Made by a program: the position numbers and the translations under genes. Below are positions 9,213 to 18,686 of a stretch of 64,000 nt of DNA, one piece after another. The notes beneath the pieces were generated by a model. The model did not search any database and was not told the origin of the DNA. It worked only from the letters and a program-made list of their open reading frames with translations. Source of the stretch: an uncultured Candidatus Rokubacteria bacterium (GTDB taxonomy: Bacteria > Methylomirabilota > Methylomirabilia > Rokubacteriales > CSP1-6); contig CAVXJS010000011.1 of the NCBI GenBank assembly GCA_963762145.1, positions 544,001 to 608,000 of the forward strand, read 5' to 3'. Every line of letters begins with the position of its first letter. The stretch's first letter is position 1.

Positions 9213-11087
9213 ATGGCCGAGCCGGCGGAGCGCCACGAGTTCCAGGCCGAGGTCCGCGAGCTGCTGGACCTCATGATCCATTCGCTGTACTCGCACAAGG
9301 ACATCTTCCTGCGCGAGCTGATCTCCAACGCCTCCGACGCGCTCGACAAGATCCGCTTCGAGGCCCTGAGCCGCCCGGGGCTGGCCTCGGGCGAGCTCGC
9401 GATCACCCTGGAGGTCGACTCCGCGGCCCGCACCCTGGCGGTGCACGACAACGGCATCGGCATGAGCCGGGCGGAGGTGGTCGAGAACCTCGGCACGATC
9501 GCGCGCTCGGGCACGCGGGAGTTCCTGCGGGCCATCCGCGAGGCCAAGGCGGCGGCCGCCCCGGAGCTGATCGGGCAGTTCGGGGTCGGCTTCTACGCGA
9601 GCTTCATGGTCGCCGACCGCATCACGGTTCTCACCCGGCGCGCGGGCACGGAGGAGACCACCCGCTGGGAGTCGACCGGCGACGGCAGTTACACGCTCGA
9701 CGCGGCCGAGCGCCCGGCGGCCGGGACCACCGTCACCCTCCACCTCAAGCCGCAGGACGAGGACGACGGGCTCAACGACTACACGCAGGCGTGGGTGCTC
9801 AAGGACATCGTCAAGCGCTACTCCGACTTTGTGACGTATCCCATTCGCCTGCAGGACGAGACGCTGAACTCGATGAAGGCGATCTGGGCCCGCGAGCGGG
9901 ACACGGTCACCGAGGACGAGCACCGCGAGTTCTACAAGCACGTCAGCCACGACTGGAACGACCCGCTCGAGCACCTGAGCGTGCACATGGAAGGGAGCTT
10001 CGAGGCGCGCGCCCTGCTCTACATCCCGTCGAAGGCGCCCTTCGACATGCACGACCGCGAGGGCGGCCACCGCGGCCTCTCCCTCTACGTCAAGCGCGTC
10101 TTCATCATGGACGACTGGCGCGAGCTGCTGCCGCCGCACCTGCGCTTCGTGCGTGGTGTCGTGTCCGCGGACGACCTGCCGCTGAACGTCTCGCGCGAGA
10201 TCCTCCAGAAGAACCGTCAGATCCAGGCCATCCGCAAGTACCTGGTGCGACGACTCCTGGCCGCGCTCAAGGAGATGAAGGAGGAGCGGGCGGAGCGGTA
10301 CCGGACCTTCTGGGGCGAGTTCGGCGCGGTCCTCAAGGAGGGGCTTCTCGGGCTCGAGGAGGAGCCGGAGCGCCTCCTCGAGCTGGTGCTGTCTGCGTCC
10401 ACCGAGGGGCCGGCCCTCACCTCGCTCGGCGAGTACGTATCGCGGATGAAGACCGGGCAGCCCGCCATCTACTACCTGACCGCCGCGTCCCGGGAGGCGG
10501 CCGAGCGGTCGCCCCACCTGGAGGCGGTCCGGGCGCGCGGCTACGAGGTGCTGTTCTTCCTGGACCCGATCGACGAGCTGTGGCTGCGCATGCGGCGGGA
10601 GTTCGAGGGCAAGCCTCTCACGTCGGTGAGCCAGGGCGGGGTCGACCTCGGCGCGGGGGAGGACGGGAAGCAGGAGGGCGCTGTCCCGGAAGAGATCGGG
10701 GAGCGCTTCAAGGAGCTGCTCCTCGCGCTGCGGACGGCGCTGCAGGACGACGTGAAGGACGTGCGCCTCTCGGAGCGGCTCACCTCGTCTCCGGCGTGCC
10801 TGGTCGGCGAGCCCGGCGACCTCAGCGCGCACATCGAGGAGCTGCTGCGCCGGAGCGGCCGCGAAGTGCCGAAGGCGAAGCGGGTGCTCGAGGTGAATCC
10901 GTCGCACCCGCTGCTGACGCGGCTCCTGGCCTTTCACGCGGCGCACGCCGCCGACGAGCGCTTCCGTCGCTACGCGGAGCTGCTGCTCGGCCAGGCGATC
11001 CTGGCCGAGGGGGGCACGCTGCCCGATCCCGCCGCGTTCAGCCGGCGGCTGGCCGAGCTTTTGGTGGAGGCCGCGGGGGACCATTGA
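9213..11087 (+). CDS. htpG: Molecular chaperone HtpG (Hsp90)
   Basis: GGAGG RBS then ATG 9213; FLRELISNASDA, NLGTIARSGT, IGQFGVGFY, LPLNVSREILQ, LEVNPSHP. Confidence 0.97.
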   Translation: MAEPAERHEFQAEVRELLDLMIHSLYSHKDIFLRELISNASDALDKIRFEALSRPGLASGELAITLEVDSAARTLAVHDNGIGMSRAEVVENLGTIARSGTREFLRAIREAKAAAAPELIGQFGVGFYASFMVADRITVLTRRAGTEETTRWESTGDGSYTLDAAERPAAGTTVTLHLKPQDEDDGLNDYTQAWVLKDIVKRYSDFVTYPIRLQDETLNSMKAIWARERDTVTEDEHREFYKHVSHDWNDPLEHLSVHMEGSFEARALLYIPSKAPFDMHDREGGHRGLSLYVKRVFIMDDWRELLPPHLRFVRGVVSADDLPLNVSREILQKNRQIQAIRKYLVRRLLAALKEMKEERAERYRTFWGEFGAVLKEGLLGLEEEPERLLELVLSASTEGPALTSLGEYVSRMKTGQPAIYYLTAASREAAERSPHLEAVRARGYEVLFFLDPIDELWLRMRREFEGKPLTSVSQGGVDLGAGEDGKQEGAVPEEIGERFKELLLALRTALQDDVKDVRLSERLTSSPACLVGEPGDLSAHIEELLRRSGREVPKAKRVLEVNPSHPLLTRLLAFHAAHAADERFRRYAELLLGQAILAEGGTLPDPAAFSRRLAELLVEAAGDH

Positions 11088-13360
11088 GCCGCCCGCCGCG
11101 AGCGCCCGGAGTCCCGCTCCGTAGACGGCTATTCCTGCTCGTCGCGGCGGGCATCGTGCCGCTGGTCATCATGTCGGGCATCGGCCTCTACGCGCTCGCC
11201 CAGCAGCAGCGGACCCAGGCCGAGCGAATCGGCCTCGAGCTCGCGAGGGCTCTGGCGACGGCGGTCGACGGGGAGCTGCGCAGCTCGATCGCGGCGCTCC
11301 AGTCCCTCGCCACCTCCGTCGCGCTCGAGCGCGACGACCTGCCCGCGTTCCGGGAGCGGGCCCGGCGCATCCTCGAGATCCAGCCGCACTGGGCCGCGGT
11401 GTTTCTCGCCGACCCGTCCGGCAAGCGACTGATCGACACCCGATTTCGCCAGCGGATCGACCTCCCGATCATCGAGAAGGAGAGCTTCGATCGGGTCCTG
11501 CGCACGCGCGCCCCCGCGGTGGGCAACCTCGCCCAGAGCCCGGCGGGCGCATTGTTGTTTCCGGTGCGCGCGCCGGTCATGCAGAGCGGCGAGCTGCGGT
11601 ACGTGCTCACCGCCCTCGTGAAGCCCGAGCTCATCCTGCAGGTCGTCACGCGCCAGCGCGTGCCCACCGACTGGATCATCTCGATCTTCGATGGACAGGG
11701 CCTGCGGGTGGCCCGGTCCCGCGCGCACGAGCAGAGCCTGGGCGGGCGGCCTTCGCCGACCCTGCAGGCGATGATGGCGACGGGAGCCGACGAAGGGGTC
11801 GGGCAGACCCGCGACCTCGAAGGGGGCCGGAACTATGCCTCGTTCAGCCGGCTCACGGAGAGCGGCTGGACGGTCGCCCCCGGCATCGCCGCCGCCTTCG
11901 TCGAAGGCGCGGCGTACCGATCGCTGGCGATCTACGGGAGCGGCATCCTGCTCTCGATCGCCCTCGGAGTGGTCGGCGCGATCGGCGTCGCGCGCAGCAT
12001 CAACCGGCCGATCGCAGACCTCCGCGCCTCGGCGCAGGCGCTCGGTCGCCGCGAGGCCCTGACCGTGCTGGAGACCTCGATCCAGGAGATCCGCGACGTG
12101 GCGGACGCTCTGGCGGTCGCGGCGGACGAGCGCGCGATCGGCGAGGCGCAGCGCGAGGAACTGCTGCGTCGGGAGCAGCAGGCGCGGGCGACGGCCGAGG
12201 CGGCCAATCGGGCGAAGGACGAGTTCCTGGCCGTGCTCTCGCACGAGCTGCGGACGCCCCTCAACGCGGTCTACGGCTGGGCCCGTGTGTTGCAGGGCGG
12301 TCAGGTCCACGGCGAGGCGGCCGAGCGGGCGCTCGCCACGATCGTCCGAAACGCCGACGCGCAGGTGCAGCTCATCGACGACCTGCTCGACGTCTCGCGG
12401 GTCGCCTCGGGCAAGATGCGTCTGGACGTCCGGCCGGTCGATCTGCCCGCGGTCATTGAGGCGGCGGTGGACGCAGTCCAGCCCGCGGCGGCGGCCAAGG
12501 CGATTCGTGTCCAGACCATGCTCGACCCCCGGGCGGGGGCGACCAGCGGAGACCCGGCCCGCCTCCAGCAGGTCGTGTGGAACCTGGTGATGAACGCGGT
12601 GAAGTTCACGCCGAAGGGTGGGCGGGTCCAGGTCCACCTGCAGCGGGTCAACTCGCACGTCGAGATCGTGGTCAGCGACACCGGCCAGGGCATCGCTCCC
12701 GACCTGCTGCCCGTCATCTTCGACCGTTTCATCCAGGCGGACAGCTCGAGCACCCGGGGGCACGGAGGGCTCGGGATCGGGCTGGCGCTCGTCAAGCATC
12801 TGGTGGAGCTGCACGGGGGCAGTGTGTCGGCCCAGAGCTCCGGAGAAGGTCAGGGTGCGACCTTCATCGTCAGGCTGCCGGTGTCCCTCGCGGAGATAGC
12901 CGCCGGCACCGCCGCGCGCCTGCATCCCACCGCGGTGGAGACCGAGGCGCTGGCCCCTGGACTCCGGCTCGACGGGCTGCGCGTGCTGGTCGTGGACGAC
13001 GACCTGGACTCGCTGGAGCTGGAGTCCTCGATCCTCATCGGGGCCGGCGCCGAGGTGAGGGCGTGTCTCTCCGCGCCCGACGCGCTCGCGAAGCTGCGGG
13101 AGTGGCGTCCCGACGTGCTCGTGTCGGACATCGAGATGCCGGGCGAGGACGGGCACTCGCTGATCCGCCGGGTGCGCGCCCTCGACCGCGAGCACGGAGG
13201 CGAGACGCCCGCGGTGGCCCTCACCGCGTACGGGCGCACCCAGGACCGGATGCGCTCGCTCACCGCCGGCTACACGATGCACGTGCCGAAGCCGGTGGAT
13301 CCGGGGGAGTTCACGACGATCGTGGCGAGCCTCGCCGCGCGGCCGGGTCAGCCGAGGTAG
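11084..13360 (+). CDS. Membrane hybrid sensor histidine kinase (Cache-like sensor-HAMP-HisKA-HATPase-REC)
   Basis: TTG start overlapping the htpG stop; two TM helices flank an extracytoplasmic domain; SHELRTPL, NAVKFT, VVDDD...DIEMP. Confidence 0.9.
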   Translation: MSRPPRAPGVPLRRRLFLLVAAGIVPLVIMSGIGLYALAQQQRTQAERIGLELARALATAVDGELRSSIAALQSLATSVALERDDLPAFRERARRILEIQPHWAAVFLADPSGKRLIDTRFRQRIDLPIIEKESFDRVLRTRAPAVGNLAQSPAGALLFPVRAPVMQSGELRYVLTALVKPELILQVVTRQRVPTDWIISIFDGQGLRVARSRAHEQSLGGRPSPTLQAMMATGADEGVGQTRDLEGGRNYASFSRLTESGWTVAPGIAAAFVEGAAYRSLAIYGSGILLSIALGVVGAIGVARSINRPIADLRASAQALGRREALTVLETSIQEIRDVADALAVAADERAIGEAQREELLRREQQARATAEAANRAKDEFLAVLSHELRTPLNAVYGWARVLQGGQVHGEAAERALATIVRNADAQVQLIDDLLDVSRVASGKMRLDVRPVDLPAVIEAAVDAVQPAAAAKAIRVQTMLDPRAGATSGDPARLQQVVWNLVMNAVKFTPKGGRVQVHLQRVNSHVEIVVSDTGQGIAPDLLPVIFDRFIQADSSSTRGHGGLGIGLALVKHLVELHGGSVSAQSSGEGQGATFIVRLPVSLAEIAAGTAARLHPTAVETEALAPGLRLDGLRVLVVDDDLDSLELESSILIGAGAEVRACLSAPDALAKLREWRPDVLVSDIEMPGEDGHSLIRRVRALDREHGGETPAVALTAYGRTQDRMRSLTAGYTMHVPKPVDPGEFTTIVASLAARPGQPR

Positions 13361-13380
13361 GCCACGAACAGGAGAACGAC

Positions 13381-13707
13381 ATGACGCTCGACTGCCTGCT
13401 GATCGTCACCGCCGAGGTGGACACCGCGGTCGAGGAGGAGTGGAACCGGTGGTACGACACCGTGCACCTGCCGGACGCCCTCCGGTGTCCCGGCGTGCGG
13501 AGCGGCCGGCGCTACGTGTCCTCGGGCGACGTCTCGGAGACCGCGAACGGGCGCACGGAGCGGGCGGCCCGACGCATCTACACGACGATCTACGAGCTCG
13601 ACGGTCCGGAGGCCACGGCCACCCCGGAGTTCCAGGCCATGCGGGGCTGGTACCAGTTCGCGCCCCACGTGCGCTCGCGCACGCAGACCATCGTGCCGGT
13701 GCGCTGA
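13381..13707 (+). CDS. EthD/DUF4286-like dimeric alpha-beta barrel protein
   Basis: GGAG RBS; EEEWNRWYDTVHLPDALRCPGVRSGRRY motif. Confidence 0.75.
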   Translation: MTLDCLLIVTAEVDTAVEEEWNRWYDTVHLPDALRCPGVRSGRRYVSSGDVSETANGRTERAARRIYTTIYELDGPEATATPEFQAMRGWYQFAPHVRSRTQTIVPVR

Positions 13708-13715
13708 GGGCCCGA

Positions 13716-14546
13716 TCAGCCCTTCCGGGCGGCCTTGCCGTCCTTGTGGACCAGGGCGACCGCGGCCTCGGGGGTGAGGACGCGGAAGGCCATCGTCTCG
13801 ACCAGGTAGAGCCGCACCGCGCGGTCGGTGTGACTCTGGTAGGCGATCGACAGGTCGCGGCCGATCGTGAGCTCGAAGTCGCCCCCGCGGAGGCTCAGCA
13901 CCACCGCGCCCTTGACCGCGGGCGCCCAGACGAGCGGGCCGTCCACCAGCTTGCGGACCACGTTCAGCACCGGGTAGCCGCCGTCGCCCACCGCCTGGGT
14001 GAGGCCGGTGTAGTAGCGCGGCCCCATCGCGATGGCGTAGGGCCCGTCCACGCCGGCCAGGCGCAGGAGCCGGGTCGCCTCCGCGATGCTGTGCGGGTAC
14101 TCCTGGTAGTCGTCGGGGATCGGCAGGATCGGATGGGACGACGCCTGCTCGATGCCCTTGATCCCGCCCGCCGCGTAGCCGTGGAAGATGGCGGTGTCCT
14201 CGGCGAGGGCGATGCGGGTGGCGGCGTCGATCAGGGGCTGCAGCTCCGGGTCCTCCGCGCCGCGCTCGACCGCATCCATCTCCTCGCGCGACAGCTCGAA
14301 GTACGAGCGCAGCTCGATCAGGGACAGCGCCTGCCGCCGGGAGGCCTCGACGTCGGGGGCCGGCGCGCTGCTCAACGGCTCGCGGCGTCCGGTGTTCACC
14401 GCCGCCGCGGTCGGACCGAGCGGCCCGTCGAAGTCCACCAGCTTGCGGCCCGCGAGCTTCAGCTTGAGGACCCGGCTGGCCTCGTCGTCGATCTCCTTCC
14501 ACGCCGCGGTCGAGATGGGGGCGAGCTCCCGCTTCAGGTTGTTCAC
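13716..14546 (-). CDS. Family 1 encapsulin shell protein (Linocin M18)
   Basis: NNLKRELAPISTAAWKEIDDEA, GRKLVDFDGPLG, AEDTAIFHG, RGGDFELTIGRDLSIAY. Confidence 0.96.
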   Translation of the reverse strand: MNNLKRELAPISTAAWKEIDDEASRVLKLKLAGRKLVDFDGPLGPTAAAVNTGRREPLSSAPAPDVEASRRQALSLIELRSYFELSREEMDAVERGAEDPELQPLIDAATRIALAEDTAIFHGYAAGGIKGIEQASSHPILPIPDDYQEYPHSIAEATRLLRLAGVDGPYAIAMGPRYYTGLTQAVGDGGYPVLNVVRKLVDGPLVWAPAVKGAVVLSLRGGDFELTIGRDLSIAYQSHTDRAVRLYLVETMAFRVLTPEAAVALVHKDGKAARKG

Positions 14547-14923
14547 AGGCTCTGACCCCCCTTGAGGCTGCCGATGCCGAGCGAGCCGCCGCCGGCCCCG
14601 TCGTCGCCCTCCTCGCCGCCGGCTCCGGCCTGCTCCAGCGCGATCAGCGAGCCGCTCGTGAACAGGTACTCCTTCAGGTGCGCGTCCATCTTGGCGTCAC
14701 GCCGCCGGTACCACTCGAGCAGCATGGCGAAGTGCTCCTTCTCCTCGTCGCGGTTGTGGGCCAGGATGTCCTTCAGGTCCTGGTCGGTCGCCGCGTCGAC
14801 GCGCTGATCGTACCAGTCGGCCGCCTCGAGCTCCTCCTGCATGGAGGTGAGCGCCCGGTGGTTGTCCAGGGTCTCCGGCCGCAGCTTGCTTTCCGATTCG
14901 TGATAGCCCGCCGAGTTCGCCAT
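14543..14923 (-). CDS. Encapsulin-associated ferritin-like protein (EncFtn/Flp)
   Basis: HRALTSMQEELEAADWYDQR and HNRDEEKEH ferroxidase motifs; C-terminal cargo-loading peptide GSLGIGSLK. Confidence 0.95.
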   Translation of the reverse strand: MANSAGYHESESKLRPETLDNHRALTSMQEELEAADWYDQRVDAATDQDLKDILAHNRDEEKEHFAMLLEWYRRRDAKMDAHLKEYLFTSGSLIALEQAGAGGEEGDDGAGGGSLGIGSLKGGQSL

Positions 14924-15023
14924 CGCCGCTCCTTTAGGAGGTCACGTGAGACGCCACGATACCCCAGGCGCCCGCGCGCTTCAACCGGGGCCGTGCTATC
15001 GTAGCGCCGCGCGGAGGGCACCC

Positions 15024-16277
15024 ATGGACGGGACACTCATCGTCAACGCGACGATCCTCGACGGCAGCGGAGCGGCGCCCTTTCCCGGCGACGTGCGGGT
15101 GGAGGGCCAGCGCATCGTCGCGGTGCAACGGGGCGGGGGATTGCCGCGCGGATCGGCGCGGGTCATCGACGCCACCGGCGCCACGCTGATGCCCGGGCTC
15201 ATCGAGCCGCACGGCCACGTGAGCTATCCCGACGCGGCCCGCAATTCCGACTTCACGCGCCTGCCGCCCGAGGAGCACCTGCTGGTCACCATCCGCAACG
15301 CCAAGACCTTGCTCGACTGCGGGTACACGAGCGTGCTGTCGGCGGCCTCGGCCAAGCCGCGCCTCGACATCGTGGTCCGCAACGAGATCGAGGCCGGCCG
15401 CATCCCCGGGCCGCGCTACCTCGCCAATGGCCCGGAGATCACCGTGACCGGCGGGCTGGGCGACGAGAACGCGCTGCACCTGCCGCACGTCGAGACGCCG
15501 ACCTTCGCCTGGGTCGCCGACGGGCCCGACGAGATCCGCCGGGTGTGCCGCCTGCTGCTGCGCGAAGGCACCGACCTGCTGAAGCTGAACATCTCGGGCG
15601 ACACCGGGCCGCGCAACTCGCGCTCCCAGCGCGCGGTGATGAGCGACGCGGAGGTGGAGGCGGCCGCGGAGGTCGCGCGCGCCGGCGCGGTGCGGGTGTG
15701 CGCCCACGCCCGCAGCGCCGAGTCGGTGAAGATGTGCGTGCGGCACGGAGTGGGCATCATCTACCACGCCAACTTCGCGGACGAGGAGGCCCTCGATCTC
15801 CTCGAGGCCAATCGCGACTGGTGCTTCGTCGCGCCCGCGTTGGGCCTCACCTACCAGGCGTGCTACGCGGCGAGCGAGTGGGGCTTCACGCCCGAGATGG
15901 CGCGCGAGCGCGGGCTCCTGGAAGAGCTCGAGGTCTCGGTGGTCACCATGGGCGAGATGCGCAAGCGCGGGATCCGCGTGCTGCCGGGCGGCGACTACGG
16001 CTTCGCCTGGAACCCGCACGGCACCTACGCGCGAGACCTGCTCCTCTTCGTGGACGTGCTCGGCTTCTCGCCGATGGAGACGCTGGTCGCGGCCACCCGG
16101 ATGGGCGGCGAGATCATGGGGCGGCCCGACGAGCTGGGGCAGGTGAAGGCGGGCTATCTCGCGGATCTGCTGCTGGTGGACGGCGACCCGTTGACCGACA
16201 TCAAGCGGCTCCAGCGTCAGGACGCGCTGCTCATGATCATGAAGGACGGCCAGCTGCACAAGGGAGGAACGCGATGA
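15024..16277 (+). CDS. Metal-dependent amidohydrolase
   Basis: MPGLIEPHGH, LLKL, AHA, IIYHAN, GGDYGF, GYLADLLLVDGDP. Confidence 0.9.
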   Translation: MDGTLIVNATILDGSGAAPFPGDVRVEGQRIVAVQRGGGLPRGSARVIDATGATLMPGLIEPHGHVSYPDAARNSDFTRLPPEEHLLVTIRNAKTLLDCGYTSVLSAASAKPRLDIVVRNEIEAGRIPGPRYLANGPEITVTGGLGDENALHLPHVETPTFAWVADGPDEIRRVCRLLLREGTDLLKLNISGDTGPRNSRSQRAVMSDAEVEAAAEVARAGAVRVCAHARSAESVKMCVRHGVGIIYHANFADEEALDLLEANRDWCFVAPALGLTYQACYAASEWGFTPEMARERGLLEELEVSVVTMGEMRKRGIRVLPGGDYGFAWNPHGTYARDLLLFVDVLGFSPMETLVAATRMGGEIMGRPDELGQVKAGYLADLLLVDGDPLTDIKRLQRQDALLMIMKDGQLHKGGTR

Positions 16278-16741
16278 TCGCCCGACTCGCTCGACGGTTC
16301 GCCCTGATCGCGACGCTGATCCTGGTGTCCGCCGGCGCCGCTTCGGCCCAGGACTGCACCGGCACCATCACCGCCGACGAGGCGATGAAGGCCGAGATGG
16401 CGCGGTACACCGCGCAGACCGCGAACGACTTCGCGGCGATGGAGAAGCTGTTCGGCAACGATCTCACCTACAACCACTCTTCCGCGGTCACCGACGACAA
16501 GGCGAAGTACATCGACGGGATGCGGTCGGGCCGGACGAAGTATCGCAAGATGACGCCCAACGGCGACGTCAAGGCGCGCACCTACGGCTGCGTCGCGATC
16601 ATCACCGGCACTGCGGTGTACGAGGTGACGGCGGGGGGTCAGGATCGCACCGTGCCGCTGCGCTTCACCGCCATCTGGGCGAAGCGAGCGTCGGGGCTCG
16701 AGTTCATCTCGTGGCAGTCGACCGGCATTCCTAACCAGTAG
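16274..16741 (+). CDS. Exported NTF2-like (DUF4440) protein
   Basis: ATGA overlap with upstream gene; signal peptide; DLTYNHSSA, RFTAIWAKR, FISWQST. Confidence 0.8.
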   Translation: MIARLARRFALIATLILVSAGAASAQDCTGTITADEAMKAEMARYTAQTANDFAAMEKLFGNDLTYNHSSAVTDDKAKYIDGMRSGRTKYRKMTPNGDVKARTYGCVAIITGTAVYEVTAGGQDRTVPLRFTAIWAKRASGLEFISWQSTGIPNQ

Positions 16742-16792
16742 CGGGGGTTGGCAGCGGTTCTGCATAAGTGATGGGCGGGAGGTGTCACGCCC

Positions 16793-17254
16793 ATGACACA
16801 GGGAACCGAGCGATTCATGCGAAGGCGGGTGGCGACGGTCGTGCTCGCCGCGAGCCTGCTGGTGAGCGGTTGCGCGTGGCGAAGCACGGGCGGCCCGCCC
16901 CCCGGGATGCACGATCTCATCGGGACGTGGCACGGCGACATCGGGCAGCCGGGCGGCTCGCTGTATGCGGTCGAGGCCCAGGCCGCCCTCGAGATCAAGC
17001 CCGACGGCACGTTCTCCGCCATCGTCACACCCGCGCGAGGCTCGAACAACCTCGCGCGGCGGTCGAGCTGGTCGGGCGTCGTGGTCGGCGACGGAGACCG
17101 GGTCACGTTCCAGAGCGCGCAGGGGCCCTCACTGACGCTGGTTCGGTCCCGGGACCACCTCTACGGGGTGGCCAGCGACCCGTTGACCGCCATGGGCGTC
17201 ATGATCGACTTCGAGCGGTCGGCGGGCGATCGGCGGACGGTCGGTAGGCGGTAA
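16793..17254 (+). CDS. Hypothetical lipoprotein
   Basis: MRRRVATVVLAASLLVSGC lipobox; true start may be the MRRR methionine. Confidence 0.7.
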   Translation: MTQGTERFMRRRVATVVLAASLLVSGCAWRSTGGPPPGMHDLIGTWHGDIGQPGGSLYAVEAQAALEIKPDGTFSAIVTPARGSNNLARRSSWSGVVVGDGDRVTFQSAQGPSLTLVRSRDHLYGVASDPLTAMGVMIDFERSAGDRRTVGRR

Positions 17255-17300
17255 GAAGTTCAGGGTCGAAACGGGGCCGTCGTCCGCCGAGGGCGGGCGG

Positions 17301-17705
17301 CTACTTCACGCGCTCCAGCTTGGCGGAGCCGCGCCCGTCGGCGCGCATGAAGAGGAGCACGTCCTTACCTGCCTCCTGGGACCACGTGACGCTGCCCGCC
17401 GAGTTGGCGGACTGAAACGACGCCTTGCCGCCGGCCACCGTGATCTTCCCCGCCGTGCGGCTCCCGTTTCCCGAGACGCCCTCGTACGAGCCGTCCGGCT
17501 TGATCCGGATCGCCGCCGCCGACGTGCCGGCGATCGCGCGCCAGTCCCCGGCCAGGCTCTTCACGTCGAGCGCGCCGTGGGGCTGGGCGGCCTTGCCGAC
17601 GCTGCTGGCTTCCACGTACCGGTACTGGGCTCCCGCGTCTCCGGCGACGAGGAGGATGCCCACGCCGAGCCCCGTGGCCACTGCGATTCGAATCGATCGT
17701 CTCAT
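17301..17705 (-). CDS. Hypothetical secreted beta-rich protein
   Basis: GGAGG RBS; MRRSIRIAVATGLGVGILLVAGDAGA signal peptide. Confidence 0.7.
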   Translation of the reverse strand: MRRSIRIAVATGLGVGILLVAGDAGAQYRYVEASSVGKAAQPHGALDVKSLAGDWRAIAGTSAAAIRIKPDGSYEGVSGNGSRTAGKITVAGGKASFQSANSAGSVTWSQEAGKDVLLFMRADGRGSAKLERVK

Positions 17706-17864
17706 GGTGGTGTGCGCCTCCCGATGAAGGAGGTAAGAAGTGCACGTTAGGGGCCATGCGCGCGGCGAGATATTTGGCCTACTTGGAGCCCCGGGCGACG
17801 GCCGGCGTGACGGTGAGCGTCGCTCGGCTTGACGAAGCGTCGATTTGGACTGATCCTCCAGCGC

Positions 17865-18686
17865 ATGGGAACGATCACCACGAAGGACGGCACCCAGATC
17901 TACTACAAGGACTGGGGAAGCGGTCCGCCGATCGTGTTCAGCCATGGCTGGCCCCTGAGCGCGGACGCGTGGGACGATCAGATGCTGTTCCTCGGCGCGC
18001 GCGGCTACCGCTGCATCGCCCACGACCGCCGGGGTCACGGGCGGTCGAGCCAGCCCTGGAGCGGCAACGAGATGGACACCTACGCCGACGACCTCGCGGC
18101 GCTGGTGGAGGCACTCGATCTCAACGGCGCGGTCCACGTCGGGCACTCGACCGGCGGCGGCGAGGTCGCCCGCTACCTGGGCCGCCACGGCACGAAGCGG
18201 GTGGCCAAGGCGGTGCTGATCGGCGCGGTGCCGCCGATCATGCTGAAGACCGCCGCCAACCCGGATGGTCTGCCGATGGAAGCGTTCGATCAGATCCGGA
18301 CCGGCGTCCTCACGGACCGCTCGCAGTTCTTCAAGGATCTCTCCGGGCCGTTCTATGGCGCCAACCGGTCGGGCGCCAAGGTCTCGCAGGGCCTGCGCGA
18401 CTCGTTCTGGCTCCAGGGCATGCTGGCCGGCTTCAAGGGCGTCTTCGACTGCATCAAGGCCTTCTCGGAGACGGACTTCACCGAGGACCTCAAGACGATC
18501 GACGTGCCGACGCTGATCCTGCACGGCGACGACGACCAGATCGTGCCGATCGGCGCCTCCGCGATGCGGTCGGCGAAGCTGGTCAAGAGCGCCACGCTCA
18601 AGGTCTACCCGGGCCTGCCGCACGGCATGTGCTCGACGCACAAGGTGCAGATCAACGCCGATCTGCTCGCGTTCCTCAAGGCATGA
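17865..18686 (+). CDS. cpo: Alpha/beta hydrolase, non-heme chloroperoxidase/perhydrolase family
   Basis: [34 protein letters not shown] nucleophile motif, HGDDDQIVP. Confidence 0.93.
   Translation: MGTITTKDGTQIYYKDWGSGPPIVFSHGWPLSADAWDDQMLFLGARGYRCIAHDRRGHGRSSQPWSGNEMDTYADDLAALVEALDLNGAVHVGHSTGGGEVARYLGRHGTKRVAKAVLIGAVPPIMLKTAANPDGLPMEAFDQIRTGVLTDRSQFFKDLSGPFYGANRSGAKVSQGLRDSFWLQGMLAGFKGVFDCIKAFSETDFTEDLKTIDVPTLILHGDDDQIVPIGASAMRSAKLVKSATLKVYPGLPHGMCSTHKVQINADLLAFLKA

Noticed and set aside
13381-13707. EthD-like protein as a second encapsulin cargo
   Set aside because: It is on the opposite strand and has no LxIGSL-like targeting peptide.
17865-18686. Chloroperoxidase as evidence of a halogenated natural-product cluster
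   Set aside because: This family acts mainly as esterase/perhydrolase, and no biosynthetic core genes are nearby.
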